From Macrostomum lignano (Eukaryota), in NCBI GenBank assembly GCA_002269645.1, contig NIVC01001211.1:62001-126000 (forward strand): a DNA stretch of 64,000 nucleotides, given 5' to 3'. Position 1 is the first letter of the stretch. Each line of letters opens with the position of its first letter. Made by a program: the position numbers and the translations under genes. Shown here in pieces: positions 24,591 to 38,076 of this stretch. The notes beneath the pieces were generated by a model. That model was not told where the DNA came from, did no database searches, and saw nothing but the letters and a program-made list of their open reading frames with translations.

Positions 24591-25570
24591 CACTCAGCAA
24601 CATTGAAAAGTTTCTACCCTCACGCTAGACGTGTATATTTAGAGTTTCAAAACTGGTTTTTGTTGCCAGACTTGTGCCATAGACAAATGATGATTTTGTC
24701 AACACGCACTTGGGCCATAGACAAAAACTTGGGGCATAGATGCCAGACAAGTTGAAAGAAACAGTCACATGGAACAGATAGCAGCAGCTTACAGGAGTCT
24801 AAAATCCATGTTTGCAACTGGATGCAATGGTTTGCCAAATGACTGACCTGAAATGAGCGCGCCATTGGCATGCTAGACACTGGGATGTCTATCCAAGCTG
24901 TTGCTCACCAAATTGGATAGTCATACATAGCAATCCGCAAACTGCAGATCAAGTACAGAGAAATGGGCAGCGTGGCACATGCTACGCGTGGCTAGCAGCT
25001 CAATATGTGCAGTACAACTAGGAGGGCAGACATCTGCAATTGTTGCAAATGGTAAAGGGAAGCCCCACCATACATGTGCAATAGTCAGCTGAGTCGGCCA
25101 ATCTGGCCAACCAATTTGGTGGCCAACCAAAGGTAAGTTGCAAAAATGCCCATCCAAATTAATACTAAAGTAGTACTAAGTAGATGATGAGGCATTTTGC
25201 CTTAATAAGACAGTCTTAGTTACTTCTGCCGATTACCCAAAGTTATACTAACCTTGCTTTAGGGCTTCTTTTACATGCAAGTCACATTTTTGGCCAAAAA
25301 CTATATCACATTTTTGTTAAAACTAAGTCGCACGGCCAACCGAATTTTGGAGTTTACACATGTATGAGCCCCACGTTGCCAGCCACCTTGCTACAGCTAA
25401 TGTGGGCTAAAAGAAGCAGGCGAGGGAATATCCTAAGTGCCCAAACCATCCAACAACAATTGCAAGAGTCGAGGCTGCAACTGTCTATGGCTCAAACCAT
25501 GAATATCTCTACCTACCAAAATGTTGACCTTTTGCGTGCTAGGGTAGAAACTTTTCAATGTTGCTGAGTG
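24591..25570 (+). mobile_element. Internally deleted Tc1/mariner element with transposase remnants
   Basis: 30-bp perfect TIR cactcagcaacattgaaaagtttctaccct with a TA TSD on both sides. Remnant ERAIGMLDTGMSIQAVAHQIG*SYIAIRKLQIKYREMGSV (~24860-24980) and ILSAQTIQQQLQESRL (~25430) match the Tc1 N-terminal HTH domains; stop codons are present. Confidence 0.85.
25069..25366. mobile_element. CATACATG-family MITE, 298 bp, inserted in the Tc1 remnant
   Basis: Ends catacatgtgcaa / tttacacatgtatg; perfect TSD agccccac. Confidence 0.85.
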
Positions 25571-26704
25571 TATGAGCACTATGAAAAGAATTCTCAGATT
25601 GGTTGCTCCATAGACCTTTTTTGGGCCATAGACAATCAAAAACCAGTCTTCAATAGCTTGATTTTCCCACTAAGGATTAAATTGCTTGCTCCTAAGCTTA
25701 ATTGGCTTGGAAAATGCTATAATAAAATAATAATAACAATGAAAACAAGAATAAGAAAAATAATAATAATATTTAATATACTAATTAAAGGTATTTATTC
25801 TGTTTATCTTACAACAAATAGTTTTTTTCTATAATCAAATACTGCAATCTACATTAACAAAGAAATTTATAATATGTAACATTGCAAGGCAGTGTGGTAC
25901 ACATTTTAGGGAGACCCCTATTTAAGATTATATTGATAAATTCTAGTCTTAGAAGGGGGGAGGTGACTATGTCAAAAAGATCAATGACCAATTATTATAG
26001 CATGGGAAATAGGTTGTTTTAGGGTGGGGAGATTCTTCATAGAGATTGATTGTATCAATATAAACTTGAATAGAGGCATTAAGACCTATTCAAGGTTGTA
26101 TTGATAAAATCTATCTTGAAAAGGATATCCTATTGCAATGAAGCTTAAATTGAAAGTCAGTACATAATAGGGCCTAGTCCTATATTGCAAAAGAAAGGGT
26201 GTACACCAGAATTTTCTGGCATACACTTGAGTTCTATGGCGTACACTTGAGTTCTATGGCGTACACTAGCATACATTTCTTGGCTATGTACAATGTGGCA
26301 TACAGTGTGGCATACATAACTGGCATACAAATTAATATAAAGAATTTTTCGTGCATTTTTCTATGTCAAGTTATTTCAAAAACCTTTTTTCTGCTACTAT
26401 TTTCTCATTTACTAATCATTTTAATTACTAGAATTGTCACCACAATCATCATGTCATTATCAATTTTTTGTAGTTTAAATTTAAATTTAAATATTCATCG
26501 ATTTTTTTTACCATTAAACTGTTTTTAATTGTAATATACTGTTCTGGTTCTGACTTCTGGTTATGTTGGCATACATTAAGAAATTTGGCATACATTTAAA
26601 ATTTGTTGGCATATGATTGAAAATTCAATGAAAATGTGTACGGCGTACACAGAAAACCTTCCACAATTTGGGCTTAGTCATAGGCCTAAACTTATTAATA
26701 TAGA

Positions 26705-26983
26705 CATACATGTGCAACCTCTGAAATTCAGTTGGCCATGCAACTTAGTTTTAACAAAAATGCAATGTACTTTTTGGCCAAAAATGTGACTTACATGTAA
26801 AAAAACCTAAATAAACATTAACGCAACTTTGGGTAAATGGCAAGAGTCCTATTAAGCCAAAATGCCATGTCAGCTACTTAGTACTACTACTTGGTTATTT
26901 TTTTGGGTGGGCATTTTTGCAACTTCCTTGGTTGGCTGCCAAATTGGTCGGCCAATCACTTGGCCAGCTGTTGTGCATGTATG
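26705..26983. mobile_element. CATACATG-family MITE, 279 bp, opposite orientation
   Basis: Ends catacatgtgcaac / gttgtgcatgtatg; TSD aatataga / aataaaga (1 mismatch). Confidence 0.75.
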
Positions 26984-29923
26984 AATAAAGAAAAAAAATA
27001 TTTTTCAATCTTTCTTTCAAAATGACAATAATTCTTTTTTCTAATCTCTCTTTTTTTAATTTTCTCTGCTCTCATTTTTGTTAACCATCTCTATCCCTCA
27101 CAAGATAACATGACATGAAATATTAAGGGTTATCTTAATGGCAGTTGTTATTTGTCTGGTTAAATTGTTAACACAAGTATCTTATTTGTTTTGTGATGAA
27201 TATTCTAGATTTTTAAGACCTTTTCTCATATACTGATTAATATTTTCTTATATACAAGTAGTATGAAGATGCACACGTCTTTTTGCCACCAGTGAATGGG
27301 CTTCTTTTTAGACGTGGGTCTTCATACTACTTGATAAACCTAGTTTTGTACTGATGAAAAAGAACTTTTAGAAGCTCAATAAAAATGTAAATCTCTACTT
27401 CTCCCATTTTCTCTCTTTGTCTGTTCTGTTTCTCTCTACTCTCTCTAGTCTCCCCTCTCCTCTCCTCTCACCTCTAGCTCTCGTCTTATCTCCTATCTTC
27501 TCTTTAGTCTTATCTCTTCTCTATTCCCTTTCTCTCTCATCTGACCTGCAGCCATGAGCTGGAATCGAGTCTTCTATAATAGGCTCTAGAAGGCCCTGAT
27601 ATAAAAAAAATTCTAATGACTAAAGTCTACAGAGCATAGCAGGGTTATATACCACCTCATTAAGCTGGTTGTTTTGGCGCATGCTCCTCTTAGCATCAGC
27701 TTAAATGCTTGGAAAGTCAGGCCAGTTTTGTGGGACATAAACATAAACCTCGTACTCTCAACTCAATCAGATAGTACACTTAAGTTATCCTAAGGCTCTT
27801 CATTCTTCAACAGAGTTGCAAAGAAAGCTATAAATAAAGTCTTTCCAAAACACTGTACATACCTACTTCAGAAGCCATATTGCCTGACTTTTTAGTTGGG
27901 GGGGGGAGGATTGTACATGTAGTGACTTGGATCTTGCGCCCAACAAACTTTGTACTGGGCTTGCAATTCAAATGTGCAGTTAAAGAGCTAAATTTAATAC
28001 GAAATTTTAATCACGTGACGCCCATTTATTGATCTAATTTCCCTTGGTCTGTGCGCGAGTCAAACGAAGCTCTATTATACGCCCTCCAAACCAAGCCACC
28101 AAGCTCTCTCACATTGCCACAACCCCACTTGGAAGGGATGGGTGTGTATATTGTATGTACGATTATTCCTTCCTTTCTTTTCCTTTCCTTTCCTTTCTAA
28201 CCAGCTTAACTCAGCCCAATGCCAAAGCCATGCAAGCAATTGCATGCAAATGCAGATTATGCAAAGCAGTATGCAGCTTAATGTGATGAATTTCGATGCA
28301 AAAAAGGTATTTTTTATATGAAAAAACATCCAATGGTTATGAAATTCAAGAAATTTGTTAAATTAACTATATGGAACACTGTGCATTGGTTTCAGTGCAA
28401 AATTCGTACCATTTCCAGTTTAAATAGCCCCAGAACTAACATAAAAATAAAAAGTCAAGTTTTCAGTTTTTTTATCAATAATTTTTTACCCAATGAACTA
28501 AATCTCTAGAAATTGCACACAAATATGCCTCATTATGTGGGAAATCAGGCGTCATTAAAATATTGCCGTCCTATTGTGTTTTTTGCCTGATTTCAAGCAA
28601 AATATTAAAAAATCACTACTTTGATTGATTATCAATCATTTTTGACACATGAGCACTTGTTGCAGACACTCGAAAACTTAGTCAATTTTAGCGAGACCTT
28701 AGTACAACTTGTTGCAGTATCCGCATTTGATCTACCATTCTTTTAAAAATGTAATCACCCATTTTTCTGGCACCCAATCAGCCAAAAATCATAAATTATC
28801 AATTTCTGATCAATTTTTCAACCCAAAAGCAGCAAAATCAGACGGCGGCAATTTAAACCAATATAGTATAGCAACTATGCTATAGAAATTTGAAATTGAC
28901 TTATTTGCACCATGTTCTCAAAATTATAATAAGCAATAATGCGAAAGTCATGTGATTTTTTGAAAAATCAATTCTTGTTGATTTTTTCAACACTGCAGAA
29001 TTGTAGGGAAACAAAACTTTAGATACTTGTAGATTTTTGCATTGTGCATCCAGCACTGCTTTGAAGCCCAAACTTAAAAAGCTTCATAGGAAAAATTGGT
29101 GAAATAATAAAATGAAGGTTTTACCCAAAAAACCGACCAAAATTGCATAAAGATGCCAAAAGAAAATTAAAGTACCATATACCATTTTGTAGGAAATTTA
29201 GTTTGACAACTTTGATCCCCAGATGTCGAAGCCATATCTTGTAAGGTGTGCTAGAATTTTGAGATCTCCCAGAAGCACTTAATACCTTACTCAACTCAAT
29301 TGGTACAGTGGTTGCAAAACAAGAGCATTTTTATCAAAAAAATGTGAAATTTCAAAATGCATGGGAGTCTAACTTATTTACTCGTAAATACTTTCTAGCC
29401 CATGTTGGCTTTCGGCCAACAAAAAATAACAAAATGTCTATTTGTCCAGTATTAACCAGATGAATAAGAAAGCATGGTCAGGATCTAGTAACCAGACAAA
29501 TAACCACAATGCTATTCGTCCGGTCACCAAACAAATAAGTTATAACAACTACCTATCTTAATTGCCCTAAAATTCTCATTAGTCTTATTCATATAAGCAA
29601 TTCTAATAGTACTATATATCCTTATAGCACTAGTTTGTAGGGCCTAAGCATACAACAATGCCTGCCAAACAAAAGATTAGGTCATAAAGTTCCTGGGTTC
29701 TTTTCTTGCCAGAGACAAGGTGCGAAATTGCACCATGGCCATGCCCAATTATAGGGTGCAACTTTAAGTCTTGAAGTGCAAATTGTCTTATTAAATGATG
29801 CTTCAGAAGGAAAAAATAGGTTGTGAGACTGCACCTAAACTGCACCCACTTTTCAATTTCAGGGTGCATGTAATTTCAAAATTTAGGGTGCATAATGTAT
29901 ATGCATACTCTAGTACTCTACAC

Positions 29924-30121
29924 CAGGCGCTGCAGAACAGGGGGGCAGGGGGGGAAGCTGCCCCCCGACATTGAGTTGGGGGGACATTGCCCCCCCCTCA
30001 AATACCGTTCAACAGCATAATTTTGCTCAAATTTTTGGTCACTGTCCAAGACAGGGTCTGGGCTTGAGTTTCGGAAACTTGGTCCTGCCCCCCTTGGCAA
30101 AAACTCATTCCACAGCGCCTG
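29924..30121. mobile_element. hAT-like MITE, 198 bp
   Basis: TIR caggcgctg / cagcgcctg; perfect TSD ctctacac; G/C-run-rich interior. Confidence 0.8.
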
Positions 30122-30688
30122 CTCTACACACAAAAAATGCAGATCATAATCATATGACATAACCCAAATATTATAATGATGTGAACGTATTCAATAACTA
30201 GTACTCAAGAGGTTCTATTATGCATATAGTATAATATTTAGTACATTTAGATAGGTAATGGAAACACTTAATTGACTTACCTTGTAAGAATCAAAACCGC
30301 GAATCACATTATCTGGCAAATAGTAGTAACAAAAAATACCCATTTTTAGTTTTTAATGCTTTTTATTTTGATGCGGTGGGAGTCGTTTATTCAGGTAAAA
30401 AATACGATATCGCTCTGATTATTATTAAATCGGAGATACACTACTGTCCTGAGAAATCAAAGAATGCAGAATGCAGAAAGCCATTACACAGTCTAAGAAC
30501 AGAATTTTAGAGTTCATATAAAAAAGGAAAATTCTATTTGCCGCTACCTTTCCGCTTTATCTAACAAGAAGCAATTTTTACATTAAAATTCTAAAAACCT
30601 CATTTTAAAAATTTTAAGAGGTTGCTAAAGTAGAAAAAGTTTTGTTTAAAATTTTCAACCTAATTGTGCTAACTCTGATAAATAATCG

Positions 30689-32380
30689 CACCCGAGTGGC
30701 ATCGATCTTATCGGGAGTAGATGTACCATTTTTTACCGATGTTATCGGGTTGAAAACATGGCGGGAATGTCGGCAACATGTCATCATCCCGATATAATCG
30801 GGGCATAATGCTTTTAAATTGAGCATGTTTTGCGTTTATTTGAATTTCACGTTGCTAAATGTATAGAACTGGCCTAGCGTATTCATTTGCATAAAATATA
30901 TATTATGCTTGTGCTTCATGTGTTTGAAACTTTACTCGAGGTCAAGGCTCCCCTCAGTGTGGAGAGTTTTTGTATACAGGCTACAGGTTTTTATAACTAT
31001 GACAAATATTAATTAATGCTTTTACTTGGGTGCTTTTACAAATTCATCACCATTTACTCTAACCAATAAAATATTAATATTATTAATGTTACCTAAGAGT
31101 GACAAACTGCAAAACTTCTTCAAGTTAGGCCTACCTAAAAATTGTTTGAAACCTTTAGACCAAAATAGGAAGAATTGATTTTAATTTATTGTCTATATAT
31201 TTGATTATTTCTGCAAAATTCTTAAATTCTTAAATTCTTCTAGACCTTATAGAAGACTTCTTTCCTTAATTTATATTAGGAAAACTTTTGAAATATTAAT
31301 ATGGTCATGGATTAACTTAACTATAGCTAAAAACTTTGAAAAGGAAGACAGAATAGGAGTCTAGACTATAGTCCTAGAAGGGGACAGATAGGGTATATCT
31401 ATATTATATTGTCCTTTTATTGTCTATACTACCAATATATTCCTTATCCTTATGCTAGGCTCCTACTCTCTATATCCCTATATCCTCCTTGCCTTCCTTG
31501 CCTTCCTACTAGCCCCCTAACCTCTCCTAACCTCCTAAGGATTCCCATATCCTTATTGCTCTCCTACTAGGCTTTTATCCTCTATACCTTCTATATATTT
31601 TTCCTTACCCTATTGCTAGGTTCTAATCCACCAAACACTATGCCCTCATTATCCTCTATATCCTCCTTTCCCATCTACTGGGTCTTACCTTCTATAATAT
31701 ATATCCTCTTGACCTCTTATCCTCTTGCTGGCTCCTATCCTCCATATCCTCAATATCCTTCTCTTTTTACTAGGCTCCTACCCTCTATAGTCTATACCCT
31801 CCTTACCCTCCTTCCCCACCTGCTGGCTCCTACCTTCCATATCTTCTTATTCTCTTGCTAGGCTCCTACCCTCCATGCCTTCCATACCCTCTATGTCTCC
31901 TCCTAGGCTCCTTTCCTCTATGCCTTCCATGTCCTCCATGTCTCTACTCTCCTAGGCTCCTACCCTCCATGTCCTTCTTACCCTCCATACCCTCCATGCC
32001 CTCCATACCCTCCATGCCTCATAGGTTCTTACCCTCCATGCCCTCCATACCCTCTATGCCTCCTAGGCTCCTACCCTCCATGCCCTCTATACCCTCCATG
32101 CCTCCTAGTCTCCTACCATCCATGCCCTCCATACCCTCCATGCCCTCTATACCCTCCATACCCTCCTTGTCCTCCTACCCTCTATACCCTCTTATCCTCC
32201 TGCTAGGCTCTTACCCTCCATGCCCTCCATACCCTCATCCTCCTGCTAGGCTCTTACCCTCCATGCCCTCCATACCCTCCATGCCTCCTCCTAGGCTCCT
32301 ACCCTCCATGCCGTTCTTACCCTCCATACCCTCCATGCCTCCTAGGTTCTTACCCTCCATGCCCTCTATACCCTCCATGC
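30689..32380 (+). repeat. Left long TIR (near-identical part); a related CT-rich minisatellite continues to ~32880
   Basis: Reverse complement of ~43770-45466; the ORF track gives identical peptides for 31613+/44542- and for 31855+/44300-. Confidence 0.9.
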
Positions 32381-32895
32381 CCTCCATACCCTCCATGCCC
32401 TTCTTACCCTCCATACCCTCTTACCCCCTCCTAGGCTCCTACCCTCCATGCCCTCCATACCCTCCATGCCTCCTCCTTGGCTCCTACCCTCCATACCCTC
32501 CATGCCTCCTCCTAGGCTCCTACCCTCCATGCCCTCCATACCCTCCATACCCTCTTACCACCCTGCTAGACTCCTACCCTCCATGCCCTCCATACCCTCC
32601 ATGCCTCCTCTTAGGCTCCTACCCTCCATGCCCTCAATACCCTCCATACCCTCCTTGCCTCCTCCTAGAGTCCTAGGCTCCTACCCTCCATGCCCTCCAT
32701 ACCCTCCTTTCCCTCCTTGCCCTCCTTGCCCTCCTACCCTCCTTGCCCTCCTTACTCTCCTGCTAGCCTCCTACCCTCTATGCCTCTATCCTCCTTGCAC
32801 CTGCCTTTCCCCCTACCCTCCATACCCCCCTCCATCTCCCCCGGCCCCAACCCCATATCCTTCATAGCCTCCTTGCCGCAGCTCTTTTATCTTAC

Positions 32896-35800
32896 ATGCT
32901 TCTATCCTATTTGTTCCTGGGTCGTCCGAGCAAGCGACTTAAAGTGTGCATTAATGGGCGCACTGTATATCTGCAGAGCATCAGAAAGCAATCTATAATT
33001 AGCGCCCTACCTCTTGCGCAGTCGCAACTCTCTGTTCCTAATGCTACACGTGATGGTCCTTCCAGTCAGTCTGAATTTAGTCAGGATCCGACTTCTGAAA
33101 TCCGTGAAGACTGCGACTGGGAGGCTCTGAATCCGAATTCAGAGCCAGACGTATTGGCGGCATTTATGCACTTCTTTAAGGATGGACGTGGACGGTGTGC
33201 TGAATGTTCGCAGGATGCCAACGTATACTGCCCACAGTGTGCGGATTATTTCTGCTCTGTTTGTGTTGACACTCGTCATCTTGGCCTTGTGCACACCATT
33301 CTTAAAGTAAGCCTTAATTTATGTTAAACGCTCTGACCACTTATAGGAACGAGGGATGCAGAATGCGGAAAAATATACTTCTTATTTAGTGGCACATATC
33401 AGTTTTATCGTCAAGCTAATTACAATTCATCTACGGGCTATGCATAAAAGTAAGCAGGGTCTTATCCTTTAATGTCTATTTAAGGATGGAACTCCTCTAA
33501 ATCAAGCTGTGACCCTAGCGTGCGGCTGCTCCGATGAAGCGGTGTTTGGAGACGTTCAGATTGTCGACGCCTATGGAGGTGAGATTGTAAAATCTATTTA
33601 TACTTTTGTTATTACATTTTTGTTAGACCGAGCTCAAATCAATGAACCAGTCACCTCTTAATTAATACAATTTAGGGTACCATACAGCCTGCTTGAAGTC
33701 TTGCACACTGCAGCACTATCGATCATTCCTTGTCAGCCGTGGTTTCTTTCCTGCTGCACCTACTAGTGCTACATTCATATCTTGTGAACTGCTACTTAAC
33801 TTGGATTCTATTATGATAAATGGGATCACATCTTTGGACAAAGCTTGTGCGACTATACAAAATCGCCGATTAGCTTTTGGGCAGCATCCGCAGGTATGCT
33901 TGTGCAGTACTTATTGGTAATTGAAAGTAGTGAGTTTTATTTATGTTCTCTGCAGTATAATCCGTTATTGTATATACTTAAGGTGTTAGGTTCCCATTAT
34001 TTGAGATATCATCAGCGTCAATCCGAATTTTTCAGCGAGATCTCTATTACGATTTGAAACGCTATAACACTATTGGCTACTTTCGACAGTTCATGTCGTC
34101 CATTGTAAAGTTTCCAACAAGCTGCGCAATGTGTACGACGGGCGATTTGGTGAGAGCTTATTCAGATTTTGCAATGTGTGCTATGCTACTTAACTATTTT
34201 TAGTATCCTTGAGGTTAATTTTTAATATTTCAACTATCTCAAACTATGTGCATAATTGTTTTTCCTTTTCAGGGCCCAATCCTGCACGGAGATGCCCTGA
34301 TGGGCTGGAAACATCGAGCCTCAGTTGCACCTGGCTTGGCCTCTGTGCCTATTGGTGATCTTCCTTTTCCGTTTGCGCATGTCGATGTCGCATCTGAAAA
34401 TATTGCGCCTGCGAGCGGTGCGTGTCCAAACTGGACAGCAGGCGAAACGTCTCGCATTACTACGAGTTCTAGGAAGCTGGACGTAACAGGCTTTTTCATC
34501 GTAGCCTGTCGCCACGGTTTCATTTGGGCCTGCTCTGATGTGCGCACTCCCGGAGAGCAGTAAGACTTTTTATTCGACTCATGCATTTATTTTTCATTTT
34601 TGCTCCGTTGTCCTTATTTAAAAATGAAACTTGGCAACACATCTTTAGGCTTGTCTACCCTGTCAAGCTCCTTAAAGCCGCTGTGCAGCGCATCGGTGTA
34701 CCAGAAGAAGCTGTGACATTTGTCTATGATGTCGCATGCAAACTCGGCAACAAAGTCACTTCGAAGTTGGCCGTACCAGTTTTTCATGCATACGGTCACG
34801 AGTCTAAGTGTCGCGTGAGTCTTTACCATTTTACTCATAGCATTTTGTGGGCATTATTTTGTGTTCATAGCTTTAATCAGCCCCAAATAATTTAAAAGAG
34901 CTTTTCATGTTAGTCGGTGTTGTCATTTTGCGGGCTTCTCAGTTTAGTTCTGAATAAATTTTTAATAAATTTTTTCCTCTCAGCTCAACAACTCCATCCG
35001 CGTCGTGTCTGGCACTGGTATCACAGACGGAGAAATCTGCGAGCGCATATTCTCCTTTCTGCGTCCTTTCGGGCGAATCTTGAAAGAAATGCGCATTGAC
35101 CGTCGTACACGGCTTGTCTCACACATTATTAACATGTATCATCTGCGTCTTAACCCGGGTGCGCATCAAGCTTTCAGTCAAAATAAGAATAGCTGATTTT
35201 TCATAAGGTTTTAAGTTTCTAGCTAACATTCACATTTTATTACTGTAGATGCATGGATAAAGTCACGACAGAAGCTTCTGGAGAAGAAGGATCAGCTCGT
35301 CATTCAACATGTTAATGAAATAAATCGACTTCAGCCCCGGCACGGTAAGTGATTTTTCTTTCAATATCCTCCCATCAGCATACTCGAAAATTCAGTTTTT
35401 TCTACCTACGTTTTTTGCATTACAGAGCTTAGTCTTCAACAATTAATTTCACTGGGAGAAAAATGGCTTTGCGAAGATGCAATCGCTTCCGCTCTGCGGT
35501 CAGGAGATTGGCTCCAAAGCATGCGTCGAATGGTGGTCGAAGAACGGAAAGTTCTCAAAGAGCTTCATCGAACAATTGGTGTGTAAGCTCCTATTGGAAC
35601 ATAAACATCTTCCTTTGAAAGGAAAGAAATTAAATTTGAATACAAAGAGATAGTATAATAGTCCTTTATTGAAGATAAAGGATAGTATTCTTGCTATCCT
35701 ATTTGAAATCCCCTCAATGACCCACATGACCCCCCTCCCAGCTGGCGTGACCCTCCAGACCAAAATCTTGCTACGCCACTGACAGGTATGAGATATGAAG

Positions 35801-36253
35801 TAGCAAAGTAAGAAAACAGTTAATAAAATCACTTGCTCGATTGCCCGATAACGTATCAGCTATCTTCACAAGTAGGCCACATTATTTCCATTGCATTTAC
35901 CAGGCATCCATCAGTATCGACTGCTGTTGCGCAAGGCCAAGAAGCTGGCACTGGAGATGAATCAACTTCGGTCTCTCAACGGAAACCAGTATTCAATAGC
36001 AACGCTTCGAGACACGACTTCGGAAGCATACTCACGATTGGACCGCCACGTCAGCCGCCGGTTTCCAATTCCTGTCCAGCTTTTGGTCATTGAGGTTTAC
36101 ATCCTTTCCATTCGTTCTACCGAGGAGCGCCGTCGAGTCAATGCTGAGCAGAGCAGCCTGATGACCAAAACCGAAAGCGTTTGTGACTTCCCAGAATACT
36201 TCAGTGAAAGCTCCTCTAGCTTCTCTGGTGTATCCGATTCCGAAGACGAGTAG
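32896..36253 (+). CDS. KDZ transposase with N-terminal Zn-binding (B-box-like and CxC) clusters, ~690 aa, 10 exons
   Basis: Exons 32896-33306, 33485-33578, 33676-33893, ~34006-34149, 34273-34559, 34649-34814, 34984-35158, 35249-35344, 35426-35578 and 35904-36253 are phase-compatible with no stops; the start codon and the 34006 acceptor are uncertain. Motifs: CAEC..CPQC..FC..C...H, CGC...VDAYG.YH..C...RGFFPAAP, C..C...LHGDA, GFFIVACRHG, YDVAC, PVFHAYGH..KC, GTGITDGEICER, RSTEERRRVNAE. Confidence 0.85.
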
Positions 36254-37260
36254 GATTTTTCCGATTGTAGCCATGAACTGTGGCAAATGAGAAACTCAAT
36301 GCAATGACTTTATGAAGTCTAAATTGTTCTAAATTATTTGTATGCTCTTGAAGTAAAGTACATGTAATACTAGCGTATGCTTTGTTGTAAATGCAAAGCA
36401 AATGCCGTTTTCTGTACCTTAATGCGTGTGTGATTGTACTGCCACTCATGCATATTTAGTTAAAGTTAGCCTTAGTCCTAGTACTTGTATTTCCTGTAAC
36501 TTCTGTATTTGAAGTTACATTACTTATATTAGCTTCTGCTTCGCAAGCAAGTCATACAAATGTATACAAATTTGCGAGTGTGTATAATGTATTTGCTTAA
36601 AATTTGATATAGAAGTGTGTTTTGTCAAATACAAATTGTACATGTGCGTCACTCTAAATTGATTGGTTTAAGGTTGTACATTAAGCGAGAAAGTTAAATC
36701 CTGCTTATTTTTTGCTTGCTTCTTTACTTCGCAATGCTGTTTCAGGTGAGTAGCTAAATTTTGGGGCTTGAATCGAAACAATCACTCACAGAATTATGGA
36801 ATCAATCCTGGAATCGATGGAATGTACACCAGCTGCCAGAGACAGCAAGAAGCGATGCAAGAGATAAGAGTTGAGCCGATTCAATTGCCTGGGTGGCTCG
36901 TCCCGTAACTACGAATGAGTTAAGTTGCCTGCAGTCCGGTGCAAGGAAAGTGGAAAGAATTGAAGAAATGATTGGCGGAGAGGTGGCTGGGGTTGTGCAG
37001 ATTGGGCCGGGTCTTTTGGAGGATTAGTGTGGATTTCCGTGAGGGGTATAAGGGCAAGTTTGCAAAGCTGCCGCTTCGGCGCTATGCGCGCCATTCTGCC
37101 GCCGCTTGCGTCGGCTGATAGGGCAATAGTTGAAGTGTCATTTGGCGCTTGCGGCGCGCTGATAGCTGCATCCGTTATGTTGGACCAGCATGCCAAGTCA
37201 AACGTAATAATCGCCTCACTCCATTCAAAGCGATCTATTTTGTGTTTCAGACTCGGACTT

Positions 37261-38076
37261 TAATGGACATGGCTTCCACATTATCCCAGAGTGCGGGACG
37301 TCAAATCCCGCCAAGATCTGTCCGGATTAAGGGGCATTCAGAAATCACTTTTGCACCTGGTGGTGCTCCAAATATGCAAGTCTATATAGACAGGCTTAGT
37401 TTAGTCCAACTTTGTCAGGCTGCCATTGAAGAACCGCTTGGCCTAGACAGGTGCGACTTGCGCACTCACTGGTGCACTATATAGTCCAGATTGTCCCGGT
37501 TTTAATCTTCAGGTACAGCTTAGTCTTGCATCCTGTAATTTCCAGCTGTCAATCTACATGTATATGTACATCTACACCTCTTACCCGCCGAAGACGCGTC
37601 CACGAAGTCTACCCACAGGGGGTCCCGTGCACACCGGCAACCAGCCCACCCTACACCCCCCCGATCGGTCTTGCGAAATGAGTGGTACCGTTGTGGACGT
37701 CAGTGCCTTCGCTAAGGTAACTGAGCGCGGTCTGCATGGCTAGCAATAGCAGTGGTACATCCTGGCCAAGGACTTCATCACCGACTCCTCTGGTCGTGCA
37801 AGCAATAGGCTCCGGTTGAGCCTTGTCTGCCTTCGACTGCAACGACTCCGACTGCGACTCACCTCCGGTCTCGCGCCCGCAACCGGCGCTTCCGGCCTCG
37901 CCCGCCAGTTTTCTGCGCACTTGGCATCGCCCTCCAAACGGCCTCTTGCGCTAGCCTGCAACCTCGCGCACCATGTATTTCTGACTGTGCTGTCGCACCC
38001 GCCAATGCCTGGCCAATCTACACACCTGCCAGTGATACCCCGGGCATCGAGGCTGCGGTTGGCCAACGCGCTTTAA
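37261..38076 (+). other. Possible unidentified spliced ORF inside the KDZ element
   Basis: GC-richer, codon-like segments (MDMASTLSQSAGRQIPPRSVRIKGH...PLGLDR followed by GT; acceptor-like cttcag at ~37512). No recognisable domain. Confidence 0.3.

Larger units (their letters stand above)
24157..25676. mobile_element. TTAA-flanked (piggyBac-like) non-autonomous element
   Basis: TTAA|tccttagtatgaaaatcaagctat... and ...atagcttgattttcccactaagga|TTAA; imperfect inverted repeats of ~85 bp. Confidence 0.65.

Noticed and set aside
23440-26140. Diverged ~165-bp repeats at ~23.5-23.9 kb and ~25.9-26.1 kb, possibly a decayed coding element
   Set aside because: All frames are broken and no domain is recognisable.
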